A stretch of 10,396 bases of DNA, taken from the UHGV virus genome UHGV-1616493; one strand, 5' to 3'. The notes under the pieces were generated by a model that worked only from the letters and a program-made list of their open reading frames with translations, had not been told where the DNA came from and ran no database searches. Source of the DNA: a virus. A program made the translations under genes and the position numbers. Every line of letters starts with the position of its first letter. The first letter of the stretch is position 1. This document shows positions 1 through 7,386 of the stretch, piece by piece.

Positions 1-17
1 AAGCAATGACCTGGTGG

Positions 18-182
18 TCCGTGACTTCCCTACGCTGGCATTATCCAGATCAGGTAATACGGGTATTTCTCAGCCTTCACAAAGAAGGGCACCCCGAGTC
101 ATGTACTATAAAATCAAAAGCTTGCGATTAATGCTCCTCATTAATCCCTGATCAGGATAGTAATGCCAGCGGGAAGTCTTGT
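18..182. repeat. Imperfect inverted repeat: arms about 18-53 and 148-182 flanking a roughly 94-bp core
   Basis: Left arm gtgacttccctacgctggcattatccagatcagg and the reverse complement of the right arm (cctgatcaggatagtaatgccagcgggaagtc) share GACTTCCC, GCTGGCATTA and CTGATCAGG blocks with small indels. Aligned by eye. Confidence 0.45.
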
Positions 183-221
183 AAACGGTAAAAGCGGCCC
201 TTTTGGTCTATGTGTGACAGG

Positions 222-251
222 TTGAGTGACACAATGTGTGCCATGTAGAAT
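222..251 (+). promoter_or_regulatory. Candidate sigma70 promoter for the 291..926 gene
   Basis: TTGAGT (222-227), 18-bp spacer, TAGAAT (246-251); lies about 40 bp upstream of the ATG with an AAGAGG Shine-Dalgarno at 283-288. Confidence 0.4.
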
Positions 252-290
252 GCTCTTAAGTCGTCAACTACCGCATTAAAAAAAGAGGTT

Positions 291-926
291 ATGATGGATT
301 TACAAGCATGGGATAACATTATCTCTATCGCTTCGAATGCTGTAACAGCGTTGAGTGTGGTTGGCGGCGTCATCTTCGGAGGGGTTAAACTTCAGGAGAT
401 TGTGAAGACGAGAAAAATGGAGCGGGCAATTGATTCAGCAATCGCTCTTAAAGAAGAAATTGATAGCACCAGAAGCCGTTACAATCGTATGCGCTTTGAC
501 TTAAACCGCATTATGACTTTTCTCGACACACTGGCGAAATCAGGACAAAAAGCCGACGAAGAAAGCTATTATCATATTCAAGAATCCTTGAAAGATATGA
601 CGGAAAATACCTTTCGCATTGGTAGCTCTTTCATCAAGTTAAGTCACTATAATGTTCTGATTAAAAAGGTTTCCTGGGAGCCATTCAACGCCCTTCTTCG
701 ATCTTCTGGTAATACGCAAATAGCCATCTCAAAACTGATGACTCTCATCATGCAGGCTTTGCTTAAAGCACAGATAACACCAGAAGAATTCATGGCAATA
801 CGTAACGCTTATGATGAACATGGCGCAATGATGAAAGATGTTAATCACGCTATCTCTGGATTAGATATCATTAAATTTGACAATCTTTTTGACTTCAGCA
901 AAGTACATAAAAAAAGCCGGGATTAA
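291..926 (+). CDS. Membrane-anchored hypothetical protein (about 210 aa); candidate moron or exclusion/defence gene
   Basis: Intact ORF with tandem ATGs at 291/294 after an AAGAGG SD. One N-terminal hydrophobic helix (IISIASNAVTALSVVGGVIFGGV) then a charged, helical-looking soluble domain. Visibly more AT-rich than the neighbouring phage genes, convergent to them, with its own promoter and terminator. No family recognised. Confidence 0.7.
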   Translation: MMDLQAWDNIISIASNAVTALSVVGGVIFGGVKLQEIVKTRKMERAIDSAIALKEEIDSTRSRYNRMRFDLNRIMTFLDTLAKSGQKADEESYYHIQESLKDMTENTFRIGSSFIKLSHYNVLIKKVSWEPFNALLRSSGNTQIAISKLMTLIMQALLKAQITPEEFMAIRNAYDEHGAMMKDVNHAISGLDIIKFDNLFDFSKVHKKSRD

Positions 927-950
927 CCCGGCTCTCATGTTTTCAGTTTT
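909..950. terminator. Bidirectional Rho-independent terminator shared by convergent genes
   Basis: AAAAAAA, stem AGCCGGG (915-921), loop ATTAA (contains the TAA stop of the plus gene), stem CCCGGCT (927-933), then T-rich CTCATGTTTTCAGTTTT. On the minus strand the stem is followed by TTTTTTT. Confidence 0.65.
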
Positions 951-1147
951 CGTTGTCGCTGTTCGTTGAGGTAGTACCTAATAGCGCTGTCGAATCCATG
1001 CGTATGGATGCGGTCAAGTAGGCTGGAACGACTACACTCAAGCCTGCGTGCTAACGCTGACATGTTGATAATCGCATCATCGCCCTTGCCATCTAGAATC
1101 CACTGCATCAGCGGCATGTTGCCAGTACCGATCAAAGCTAATTTCAT
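935..1147 (-). CDS. Small hypothetical protein (70 aa), last gene of the minus-strand array
   Basis: ATG at 1147 preceded by AAGGAG with a 6-nt spacer; the ORF-track start at 1198 has no such signal. The N-terminus MKLALIGTGNM resembles the start of a dinucleotide-binding protein, followed by a short helix-turn-helix-like stretch, so it may be a gene remnant. Confidence 0.45.
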   Translation of the reverse strand: MKLALIGTGNMPLMQWILDGKGDDAIINMSALARRLECSRSSLLDRIHTHGFDSAIRYYLNEQRQRKLKT

Positions 1148-1179
1148 ATGTATCTCCTTTCCTTTGGCTCGCCTGCAGC

Positions 1180-1196
1180 GGGGGCAATGCGCCCCC
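1180..1196 (-). other. GC-rich hairpin immediately downstream of the major capsid gene
   Basis: GGGGGC-aatgc-GCCCCC, 6-bp GC stem, beginning 14 nt after the capsid stop codon; no U-tract on the minus strand, so more likely an mRNA 3' stabiliser than a terminator. Confidence 0.35.
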
Positions 1197-1209
1197 AAAA
1201 TACGCTGTC

Positions 1210-2226
1210 TTACGCCGCGTCATCCATCGTAATTTTCAAAACGAAGTCTGGACGCATTGGGATCTGAATTTGTGATAGCTCGCTGACCACCTCATAATTC
1301 ATGAACTTATCACGCAGAACGTAATGGTAAGACGGATAAACCGGACCATTAGCAACGTCAGCATGACGGCTCGCCGGAGTCTGGTAAGTCATATAAGGTG
1401 AAAGGTCGCCTTCAACAACATTGGAGAACGTCGCCAGCATGTAGCCTTCACCATCTGCAATGCCGTATAGCGGATCGTCAACCTGAACTACAGTTACGCG
1501 CCCGATGTTGTATCGATCATATGCGCCCAAAGTGTCAGGGAAAATGATGTCACGGGACGTAGCACCAAACAGAGCCGCCTGATATGCGGTTGGGTTGCCT
1601 TGAATGGCGGTGAAAAGACTCGGACTCGCTAGCAGATAAACCTGCTTGATGCTGGAAGACCAGCCACCCAGATTTTTCTTCAGCAGCGTGACAGCGTTCT
1701 GCATCTCAGTAATAACGTTGGCACTGATGCCAGTTTTCACCACAGCAGACGGCTGGTTAATACCCCAGAAGGTTTGCCAGTTCAGATCAGGACCTTCACG
1801 AAGGTGTGTCGCCTCTACAGTATTGTGAAGCAGGCTCTGCGCCATGGCATATTCAACATCACGGCGGGTTTGCAGGTAGTGCTTCAGGGTATGATTAGCA
1901 ACTACATCTTCAGCGGTCATCTGGCGATTTGTTCCCGGCTGACGTTTCCCCTGCCAATCCTGGCTGGTGATGGTTGAGCTGTAGACATGCAGTGGAGCCT
2001 GAACAGTCACGTTAGCCGCTTTAGGGAAGTTTAGACCGGACATTTCAGAACCATAACGGGCAACAGATTTGGTCACTTCACGCTGCACATCTTCCAGTGT
2101 GTCGAGCGCGATGATTTGCGTATCACTTGGACGGCTGGTAAAGATCCCCAGGCTGGACAGAAGGAACCCCTCGCCGCTTGGCTTCACAAACTGACCGGAA
2201 AGGTTAGTAAAATCACTTAATTTCAT
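1210..2226 (-). CDS. Phage major capsid protein, lambda gpE-like (338 aa)
   Basis: Size matches E-family capsid proteins (about 340 aa). It sits 18 nt downstream of a 120-aa decoration-like gene, as in lambdoid D-E pairs. The C-terminal ...PMRPDFVLKITM resembles the ...PDEFVSVQLA end of lambda gpE. GGAG SD upstream of the ATG at 2226. Homology recalled from memory, not searched. Confidence 0.6.
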   Translation of the reverse strand: MKLSDFTNLSGQFVKPSGEGFLLSSLGIFTSRPSDTQIIALDTLEDVQREVTKSVARYGSEMSGLNFPKAANVTVQAPLHVYSSTITSQDWQGKRQPGTNRQMTAEDVVANHTLKHYLQTRRDVEYAMAQSLLHNTVEATHLREGPDLNWQTFWGINQPSAVVKTGISANVITEMQNAVTLLKKNLGGWSSSIKQVYLLASPSLFTAIQGNPTAYQAALFGATSRDIIFPDTLGAYDRYNIGRVTVVQVDDPLYGIADGEGYMLATFSNVVEGDLSPYMTYQTPASRHADVANGPVYPSYHYVLRDKFMNYEVVSELSQIQIPMRPDFVLKITMDDAA

Positions 2227-2244
2227 ATTGTTATCACTCCTTGA

Positions 2245-2607
2245 TTAGATTGCAGTGTTTGCGTCAGCAATGCGGTTGCCTTGCTTAACAAGGGCAGCGT
2301 AAGCAGCATCTTTTGCAGCAGCCGCTACAACCAGACCAGATGGATTGAACACACAGCCACGGTCTGAAATGACCAGGCTACGGGCATCACCAGCGATTTG
2401 ATTTTGCAGAGCTACAGCACAGTTATCAGCATCGGCTGCAACGTATGCCGCGCCAGTGGTCGGGTTAATCACATCACCACAAGTCACATCAGCAGCCAGA
2501 TCAAAGATCACGGTGCGCTTATGAAAGATCGGGCTATCGGTATAAACCAATACATCCTGTGGGGTTTTGCTTTCATGTTCGAATGCCATATTTTGTTGTA
2601 TCTCCAT
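2245..2607 (-). CDS. Head decoration-like protein (120 aa; possibly 113 aa from the second ATG at 2586)
   Basis: Small Ala/Gly/Val-rich protein directly upstream of the capsid gene and translationally close to it; position and size match lambda gpD-type decoration proteins. No strong SD at the first ATG. Confidence 0.45.
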   Translation of the reverse strand: MEIQQNMAFEHESKTPQDVLVYTDSPIFHKRTVIFDLAADVTCGDVINPTTGAAYVAADADNCAVALQNQIAGDARSLVISDRGCVFNPSGLVVAAAAKDAAYAALVKQGNRIADANTAI

Positions 2608-2621
2608 GCAATTTTTATAAT

Positions 2622-2726
2622 CCGGCGAATATGCCGGGTTGTGTTGAAAAAATACCGTCCATCGGACGGCATTCTTTTATTTGTATTCCCAACAGAAAAA
2701 GAGCCGGAGGCAGGAAAACGCCTGCC
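2622..2726. terminator. Cluster of three hairpins directly upstream of the capsid genes; the middle one is a bidirectional intrinsic terminator
   Basis: CCGGC-gaatat-GCCGG (2622-2637); CCGTCC-atc-GGACGG (2655-2669) flanked by CATTCTTTTATTTG on plus and TATTTTTTC on minus; GGCAGG-aaaacg-CCTGCC (2709-2726) followed on minus by a T-rich run. Confidence 0.45.
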
Positions 2727-2760
2727 CCGGTTGGTAGATCATCGGAGATGATGAAATTCA

Positions 2761-2792
2761 CCCGTTTACGGGTTAGCAACATGCGTTGCTAA
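2761..2792. promoter_or_regulatory. Adjacent palindromes, operator-like
   Basis: CCCG-ttta-CGGG (2761-2772) followed by TTAGCAAC-atgc-GTTGCTAA (2773-2792), perfect 8-bp arms with a 4-nt spacer, in the untranslated leader between the 713-aa gene and the capsid genes. Confidence 0.3.
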
Positions 2793-3250
2793 TAGCTTCA
2801 CGATGGTATTTTCTGATGGAGAGATTTGGAAAGCATGATCGGCGGGTCACGCTTCAGGAATGAGGGAGCACAGCAGCGGGAGACCTCATATCTTCGCTGC
2901 CGCACTCAATGCCAGTTTTCGTCTGGCAAGACGGCCTTCCGAGGATGAAAGGCTTTGGCAAATCTCCGATCCAAGGTCGGAGAAAATCTTTTCTGATACA
3001 GCCAGCGGCAATGGCCTAACCTTACCGTGAGAGGGTGCGAATATTGGCTGTATGAGAAAAGGCGCTCTGGGAAAAGCGCACTTTGATTCCTAAGGAGAAG
3101 GGAAAACATTTGGCTGTTGTAATTCACCTTGTATATTATTTTAACACGAATGATTATCATTTGCAACAACAAAAACAATAACATGGCGAATTCAACGGCC
3201 CTCTCTCGTGTGGGCCAATTTGCTGCGCCATTTTCGACGGAACGATGATT

Positions 3251-5392
3251 TTAGTCTGCAATCCCAAGGATGAGGTTATTCTGCGCGTGGTTGTTCTCCC
3301 TTATCTTGGTATCAACCAGCCCTGCGATCTTATCGTCATGGACAAACACATCCATCTGCTGATTAATGTTCGCTTGCCCGGTAACACTGACAGGAATCGG
3401 CTGTCGCAGCGTCATGCTGTCAATTGTCGGAACCGTAAACGTCGGTTGCTGGGGTGTCAGATAGTTCAGGCTAGGAACATTCAACGCTAGCGCTGGATCG
3501 TTATACGCCGTGCCTGAGCCAATATTGCTCGGTGCTGAACTATCCAGCCACGGGTAAATCTGCTTAAGCGTCTGACCGATGCTACGTGGATCAAAGCCTG
3601 TCTTTTCCTTAATCCAATCGGCAGCACCGTTTGCAGATTCATCTACCACGCTCGTATACACCGCATCCGGCAATGTCGCGCCTTTCTTAAGTTCTTCTCC
3701 GACTCGACCAGAGAAGGAGAGAATGTTGGTGGTTAGCTCACCAAGGGCAACGCCGAGGGCATCGGAAATTGGGATCAGTCCAGTCATCTTCTGACGTAGA
3801 GTTTCAGTATTGGCAGCGTACTGCCCCAGGCCTTCAACAAACGAGGCTGAGAAATGATCTGCAAGGCTGGTTTGCACTCGGTTGTACTCAGCACCTAACG
3901 CCGCCAGTTTATCGAGGTTGGCTTGCTGCGCATCAGATAGGGTCCATCCTTCAGAAGAGAGTTGATGCATACGCTGGATAAGTCCCTGCCCCTCATCATT
4001 GAACACTTCGAGGAAGACCGAACCATCATTCACAGCCTCAGCCAGGTGCCGGGTCTGGTTGTCCGTCCATTTGAAAGTTTTCTGCAACTGTTTCAGGTAA
4101 GTGATGAAGGTCGGAAAATCCAGCTTTTGCAGTTCTCCGATCACCTTCTGTGCTACCTTCTGGTTACCGTTGGTGGAGGTCAGCACATTGTTGATGATAT
4201 CTGCGAACTCGCCACCGCCGCTGAAATTCACCTGTCCAGTTTTCTTGTTACGTTTGAAAGAGCCGGTGTTTAACAATTCCCCGGCCTTTTCGGTTGTGTC
4301 CTTGTTGAGGTCAGCCAGCTTGTCAGCACTCAGTGAGTAACCAACACGGCTCATCGAGAGATCCTGAAGTGCAGCGAACTCAAGGTTGCTGATCCCGTAC
4401 TGCTGGAGTTTTTTCACATCGCGAGAGCGCTCAAGGCTTCCCTGGAGGGTCTGACCGACACGAGAAACGCCCATACTACCCACTAACGACGCACCACCAA
4501 TAACACCAGCAGCTGCAAGACCAGCTCTACCACCACGGCTTTCTGTGCGTACACGACCAGCACGAACACCTGCGGCTTTCTGCTCACGGGTCATACGCTG
4601 TTGCAGACGAGCCTGCTTGCGTAATTCGGTGGTGATACGAGCCATTTCGAAGCGGGTCTCTTCAACCGTATAGCGCTCTTCTTTCTGGGCTTTAAGTGCC
4701 TCTTTTGCTGCACTGATGGCTTTGTACCGGGTTGCAACGTCAGCGCCGTTCACGTTTGCCAGAGTCAGAGCGCTACGGCGCAAACTGTTGTAATAAGTCA
4801 CCTCGCGCTTAAGGCCTGCCTCTTTCTCACGCTGACGCTTCTCCTCCAAGGCCATCGCCTTTTTGGTGGCTGCGATGTCAGCAGCAACAGCGCCGTGACC
4901 ACGGTTCATCGCTGCATTTTGACGTGCCACCAGAGATGGATCGGAGTGAACTCCAGGCATGTTGGGATTGTAGGTCATTGCACGGGAGCGACTCGCCTGT
5001 CTCACCTTGTCAGATATCGCTGCTAGTCTGGCATTCTGCCGTGCGGCCTGTTCCTGCTGGGATAACTGACGCGCCTGTAATGAGGTCATTTTATTAGCGT
5101 GGGAGACTGCATCCCGTTCCATTTTGGCTTGTATCTGAGCTTGTTTCTGTTGCTGTTTTGACAATTGTTCAGCCTGGCGTAGCTTCGCTGTCTGGGCTTT
5201 CGCTGCGGCTAGTGCTGCTTTGCCTTCACTCTGGACGGTCCGCTTCTGGGCCTTCTCAAGCGCTTTAGCTGGTTTCTCATGAGCAGCCTTAAGCGAGATA
5301 ATCTTCTTTTTGGCTTTTTGATATGAGGCATCGTCTGTGATCCACGAGATTTCATTAACGGTGCTGGTAACAATCTTATTTGTGCCAGACAT
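3251..5392 (-). CDS. Large coiled-coil protein with a Gly-rich hydrophobic segment (713 aa); tail tape-measure-like, alternatively scaffold or ejection protein
   Basis: The N-terminal roughly 250 aa are rich in A/K/Q/E/R as in coiled coils. The central GLAAAGVIGGASLVGSMGVS segment resembles the Gly-rich hydrophobic patches of tape-measure proteins. The ORF track starts at GTG 5395, but ATG 5392 overlaps the upstream stop as TGATG (translational coupling), with GGGGG upstream. Confidence 0.45.
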   Translation of the reverse strand: MSGTNKIVTSTVNEISWITDDASYQKAKKKIISLKAAHEKPAKALEKAQKRTVQSEGKAALAAAKAQTAKLRQAEQLSKQQQKQAQIQAKMERDAVSHANKMTSLQARQLSQQEQAARQNARLAAISDKVRQASRSRAMTYNPNMPGVHSDPSLVARQNAAMNRGHGAVAADIAATKKAMALEEKRQREKEAGLKREVTYYNSLRRSALTLANVNGADVATRYKAISAAKEALKAQKEERYTVEETRFEMARITTELRKQARLQQRMTREQKAAGVRAGRVRTESRGGRAGLAAAGVIGGASLVGSMGVSRVGQTLQGSLERSRDVKKLQQYGISNLEFAALQDLSMSRVGYSLSADKLADLNKDTTEKAGELLNTGSFKRNKKTGQVNFSGGGEFADIINNVLTSTNGNQKVAQKVIGELQKLDFPTFITYLKQLQKTFKWTDNQTRHLAEAVNDGSVFLEVFNDEGQGLIQRMHQLSSEGWTLSDAQQANLDKLAALGAEYNRVQTSLADHFSASFVEGLGQYAANTETLRQKMTGLIPISDALGVALGELTTNILSFSGRVGEELKKGATLPDAVYTSVVDESANGAADWIKEKTGFDPRSIGQTLKQIYPWLDSSAPSNIGSGTAYNDPALALNVPSLNYLTPQQPTFTVPTIDSMTLRQPIPVSVTGQANINQQMDVFVHDDKIAGLVDTKIRENNHAQNNLILGIAD

Positions 5393-5820
5393 CACACCCC
5401 CTGATTGATATCGTAACCCAGACGCTCAAGCGCGGCGCGTTGTTCAGGTGTTAGCTCATCAAGACTTGCCTTCATCATGAGACTTACCGGACGCAGATTA
5501 GCGCTATAACCTTGGGCTTGGTGGCACAGAGCGATCCCTTTTTCCTTGATGGTTTTACCACTTTTTGGGGCTGGCTCGCTGGCTGTTGCAGTCGAAGCGG
5601 ACAGGTAACTCTGCACCGCCTCCGCCAATGCTTCTTCAGCGGATTTGTTCAGATCTTCCGGTTCGTCTGTTCCTGCGGTCATTGCTTCCCGGATACTGGC
5701 GCGGATTGCTTCAATGTTATTCATATTGTTATGTTTCCTGTAGAGGTCCAGGCCGTCACGAAGCCATTGGAGAACAGCTACCGCTAACGGCAGAAAGGAT
5801 AAATATTCAAATAGGGTCAA
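5392..5820 (-). CDS. Hypothetical protein (142 aa from TTG 5820; alternative ATG at 5724 gives 110 aa)
   Basis: ORF in the same reading frame as the upstream 173-aa ORF, separated from it only by the TAA at 5839-5841. No ATG start at the 5' end; an internal ATG at 5724 has AGGAAA 9 nt upstream. N-terminal hydrophobic stretch, acidic Ala-rich middle. Confidence 0.45.
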   Translation of the reverse strand: MTLFEYLSFLPLAVAVLQWLRDGLDLYRKHNNMNNIEAIRASIREAMTAGTDEPEDLNKSAEEALAEAVQSYLSASTATASEPAPKSGKTIKEKGIALCHQAQGYSANLRPVSLMMKASLDELTPEQRAALERLGYDINQGV

Positions 5821-5838
5821 GTTTCCCCGGCTGGGGTA

Positions 5839-6360
5839 TTAATAATGCAGTCGTGGTGATCGGCGTTGGGGCGCTGCCTGCTTGCGTGAAATAGTCTTCC
5901 GGTACTCAATGAACAACGGATCATCACTAACAGGCATTCGAGATGCCATTTCTTTTTCAGTGATTCCTTCACGCTTGAGCAGCGTTACCACAGTGAATAG
6001 AGGCAGTTGAAGGTCAGCACAGATTTTTGCCAGCATTGCGCCGGATTCGTAGTACATTCGGGCCATTCGCTTAGTAGCGTACTGACTGGTATTACTTATC
6101 TTGCGACAGCGAGGATTCCACGAGTTATCGTAAAGGCCTTTTACCAGGTCATACGGCAAGCGTAGGAGCAGCGCCGTTTTGCCTGGGGTGTAACCGTGAA
6201 CGAGCATTTTTTTAGCAGTCTCGATCAACGAGGTATCACGAGAGCGGGCCTTGTAAAAACGGGACAAATCAGGGGCGTCAGCACCGGATTTGTTTACCTC
6301 TGGTAAAGTGCTTCGCACCGTAAGGGTTTCAGCCGTCAGGCTGTTGGCAACATCACACAA
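5839..6360 (-). CDS. Hypothetical protein (173 aa), TTG start; possible DNA-binding or small-terminase-like
   Basis: TTG at 6360 preceded by GGAGG with a 5-nt spacer, 15 nt after the upstream stop. Basic protein with a helix-turn-helix-like stretch (LPLFTVVTLLKREGITEKE). Function not recognised. Confidence 0.5.
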   Translation of the reverse strand: MCDVANSLTAETLTVRSTLPEVNKSGADAPDLSRFYKARSRDTSLIETAKKMLVHGYTPGKTALLLRLPYDLVKGLYDNSWNPRCRKISNTSQYATKRMARMYYESGAMLAKICADLQLPLFTVVTLLKREGITEKEMASRMPVSDDPLFIEYRKTISRKQAAPQRRSPRLHY

Positions 6361-6374
6361 TTATTCCTCCAGTA

Positions 6375-7121
6375 TCAGAAAGGGATCGAGTCATCATAAT
6401 CAAGCGGCAGCTCATCTGCTGGGGCGTTAACCTGTTGTTCTACTGACTCCGGTGCGGGTACATGATAATTTTGAATAAACAGATTCATGCTGTCCTCATC
6501 GCTGCTGATACCATGAGAGAGACAAAACGCTTTTGCTTCTTCATCCAGTCCCCAATTGCGCCATCGCCTCAGCTTGGTGCCTAATTGTTCATCGGTATAC
6601 CTATCAGAAGCGTTCACCGCATCATCATTGGCAGGTACATCAGCATCGACAGGAATATCCACAACAGGTAGGCCGTCTGGTTTTCCAGCAACAGGCGCGG
6701 CAGGTTCCACCACGAAAGATTCCACATCACGTTTCTGCTCATTCTTACCGCTCTCCTCGGTTTCCACTTTTCTATTACTCACCTGCGTGGAATTATGATC
6801 GTCAAGAAAAACCATCAACGATGGATCGAGTTCGACCGGAGAAATTTTGTGTGTTCTCCCCTGCTCTTCCTCAAAAGTGATCATTCCCGCTTCACGAAGC
6901 TTGTTCCTGAAATTACGAACGGCTTCGGGCTTGCAGCCGCAACGTTTACCAATCATGCCAACAGACTCGTAATAAGTTCTGCCTGTTTTGTCATAGCTGT
7001 AAACCAGAGATAGCAAAATTTTCATGTTGCCATTAATGGTCAGGCCGTTGTACTCGGTAAGGTCGAGAATGCTGTATTCAAGTTTTACAAAATCCTTACT
7101 GTCCCGGTTCTGTTTGCTCAT
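6375..7121 (-). CDS. Winged-helix-like DNA-binding protein with acidic C-terminal domain (248 aa); candidate replication initiator or transcriptional activator
   Basis: ATG at 7121 with GGAG and a 6-nt spacer. The N-terminal roughly 100 aa look like an HTH/winged-helix fold (GKRCGCKPEAVRNFRNKLREAGMITFEE); the C-terminal half is acidic and ends ...DELPLDYDDSIPF. Overlaps the upstream 67-aa gene by 26 nt. Confidence 0.55.
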   Translation of the reverse strand: MSKQNRDSKDFVKLEYSILDLTEYNGLTINGNMKILLSLVYSYDKTGRTYYESVGMIGKRCGCKPEAVRNFRNKLREAGMITFEEEQGRTHKISPVELDPSLMVFLDDHNSTQVSNRKVETEESGKNEQKRDVESFVVEPAAPVAGKPDGLPVVDIPVDADVPANDDAVNASDRYTDEQLGTKLRRWRNWGLDEEAKAFCLSHGISSDEDSMNLFIQNYHVPAPESVEQQVNAPADELPLDYDDSIPF

Positions 7122-7299
7122 TCTGTTCTCCGTAAAGTGTCGCCTTGCTGGCTAATGCTGGTTTGATGTCTGGTGTGTTGTCGAAAATGTTCGCGGCAGT
7201 CTCCAAGATTTCATTACAGAGCCGTGCCAGGGGCTTGTCCTGCCTTTTGGCCTCAGCTAGTAGAGCCTGATAAACGTGCTGTTGAAATTTGATGTTCAT
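7096..7299 (-). CDS. Small ribbon-helix-helix-like putative transcriptional regulator (67 aa)
   Basis: ATG at 7299 preceded by GAGGAGG. The N-terminal pattern (beta-strand-like NIKFQQHVYQ, then two short helices LLAEAKRQ / LARLCNEILETAANIF) fits Arc/MetJ/CopG-type RHH proteins. Confidence 0.5.
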   Translation of the reverse strand: MNIKFQQHVYQALLAEAKRQDKPLARLCNEILETAANIFDNTPDIKPALASKATLYGEQNEQTEPGQ

Positions 7300-7386
7300 T
7301 CAAGTTGTCCTCCTCGTTTTAGGTACAAAAGACCTCCCGCCAGTGGTCGCCCAAAGGCGAACCGGCTCAGGTTTTGTTCAGTGTTG

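Noticed and set aside
1-151. Open frame entering from the left edge (ends at 151)
   Set aside because: The translation is not protein-like, and the region is better explained by the inverted repeat; a gene 3' end cannot be fully excluded.
1-290. ERIC, REP/BIME or integron attC element
   Set aside because: None of the characteristic motifs of these elements, as I recall them, is present; only a generic inverted repeat.
152-373. 73-aa minus-strand ORF
   Set aside because: It overlaps the promoter and start of the better-supported plus-strand gene and has no ribosome-binding site.
1008-2792. Plus-strand ORFs 1008..1232, 1646..1828, 1774..1977, 2398..2751 and 2559..2792
   Set aside because: They lie antisense within or across the capsid and decoration genes or the leader and have odd composition; they look like shadow ORFs.
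2906-3184. 92-aa minus-strand ORF in the leader
   Set aside because: Low-complexity Leu/Ile/Arg-rich translation without a ribosome-binding site; the region reads as regulatory DNA.
3245-4340. Plus-strand ORFs antisense to the 713-aa gene
   Set aside because: Shadow ORFs of a long, well-supported minus-strand gene.
3251-5392. Terminase large subunit or portal protein
   Set aside because: No Walker A motif (GxxxxGK[ST]) near the N-terminus and a long coiled-coil N-terminal half, which does not fit either family.
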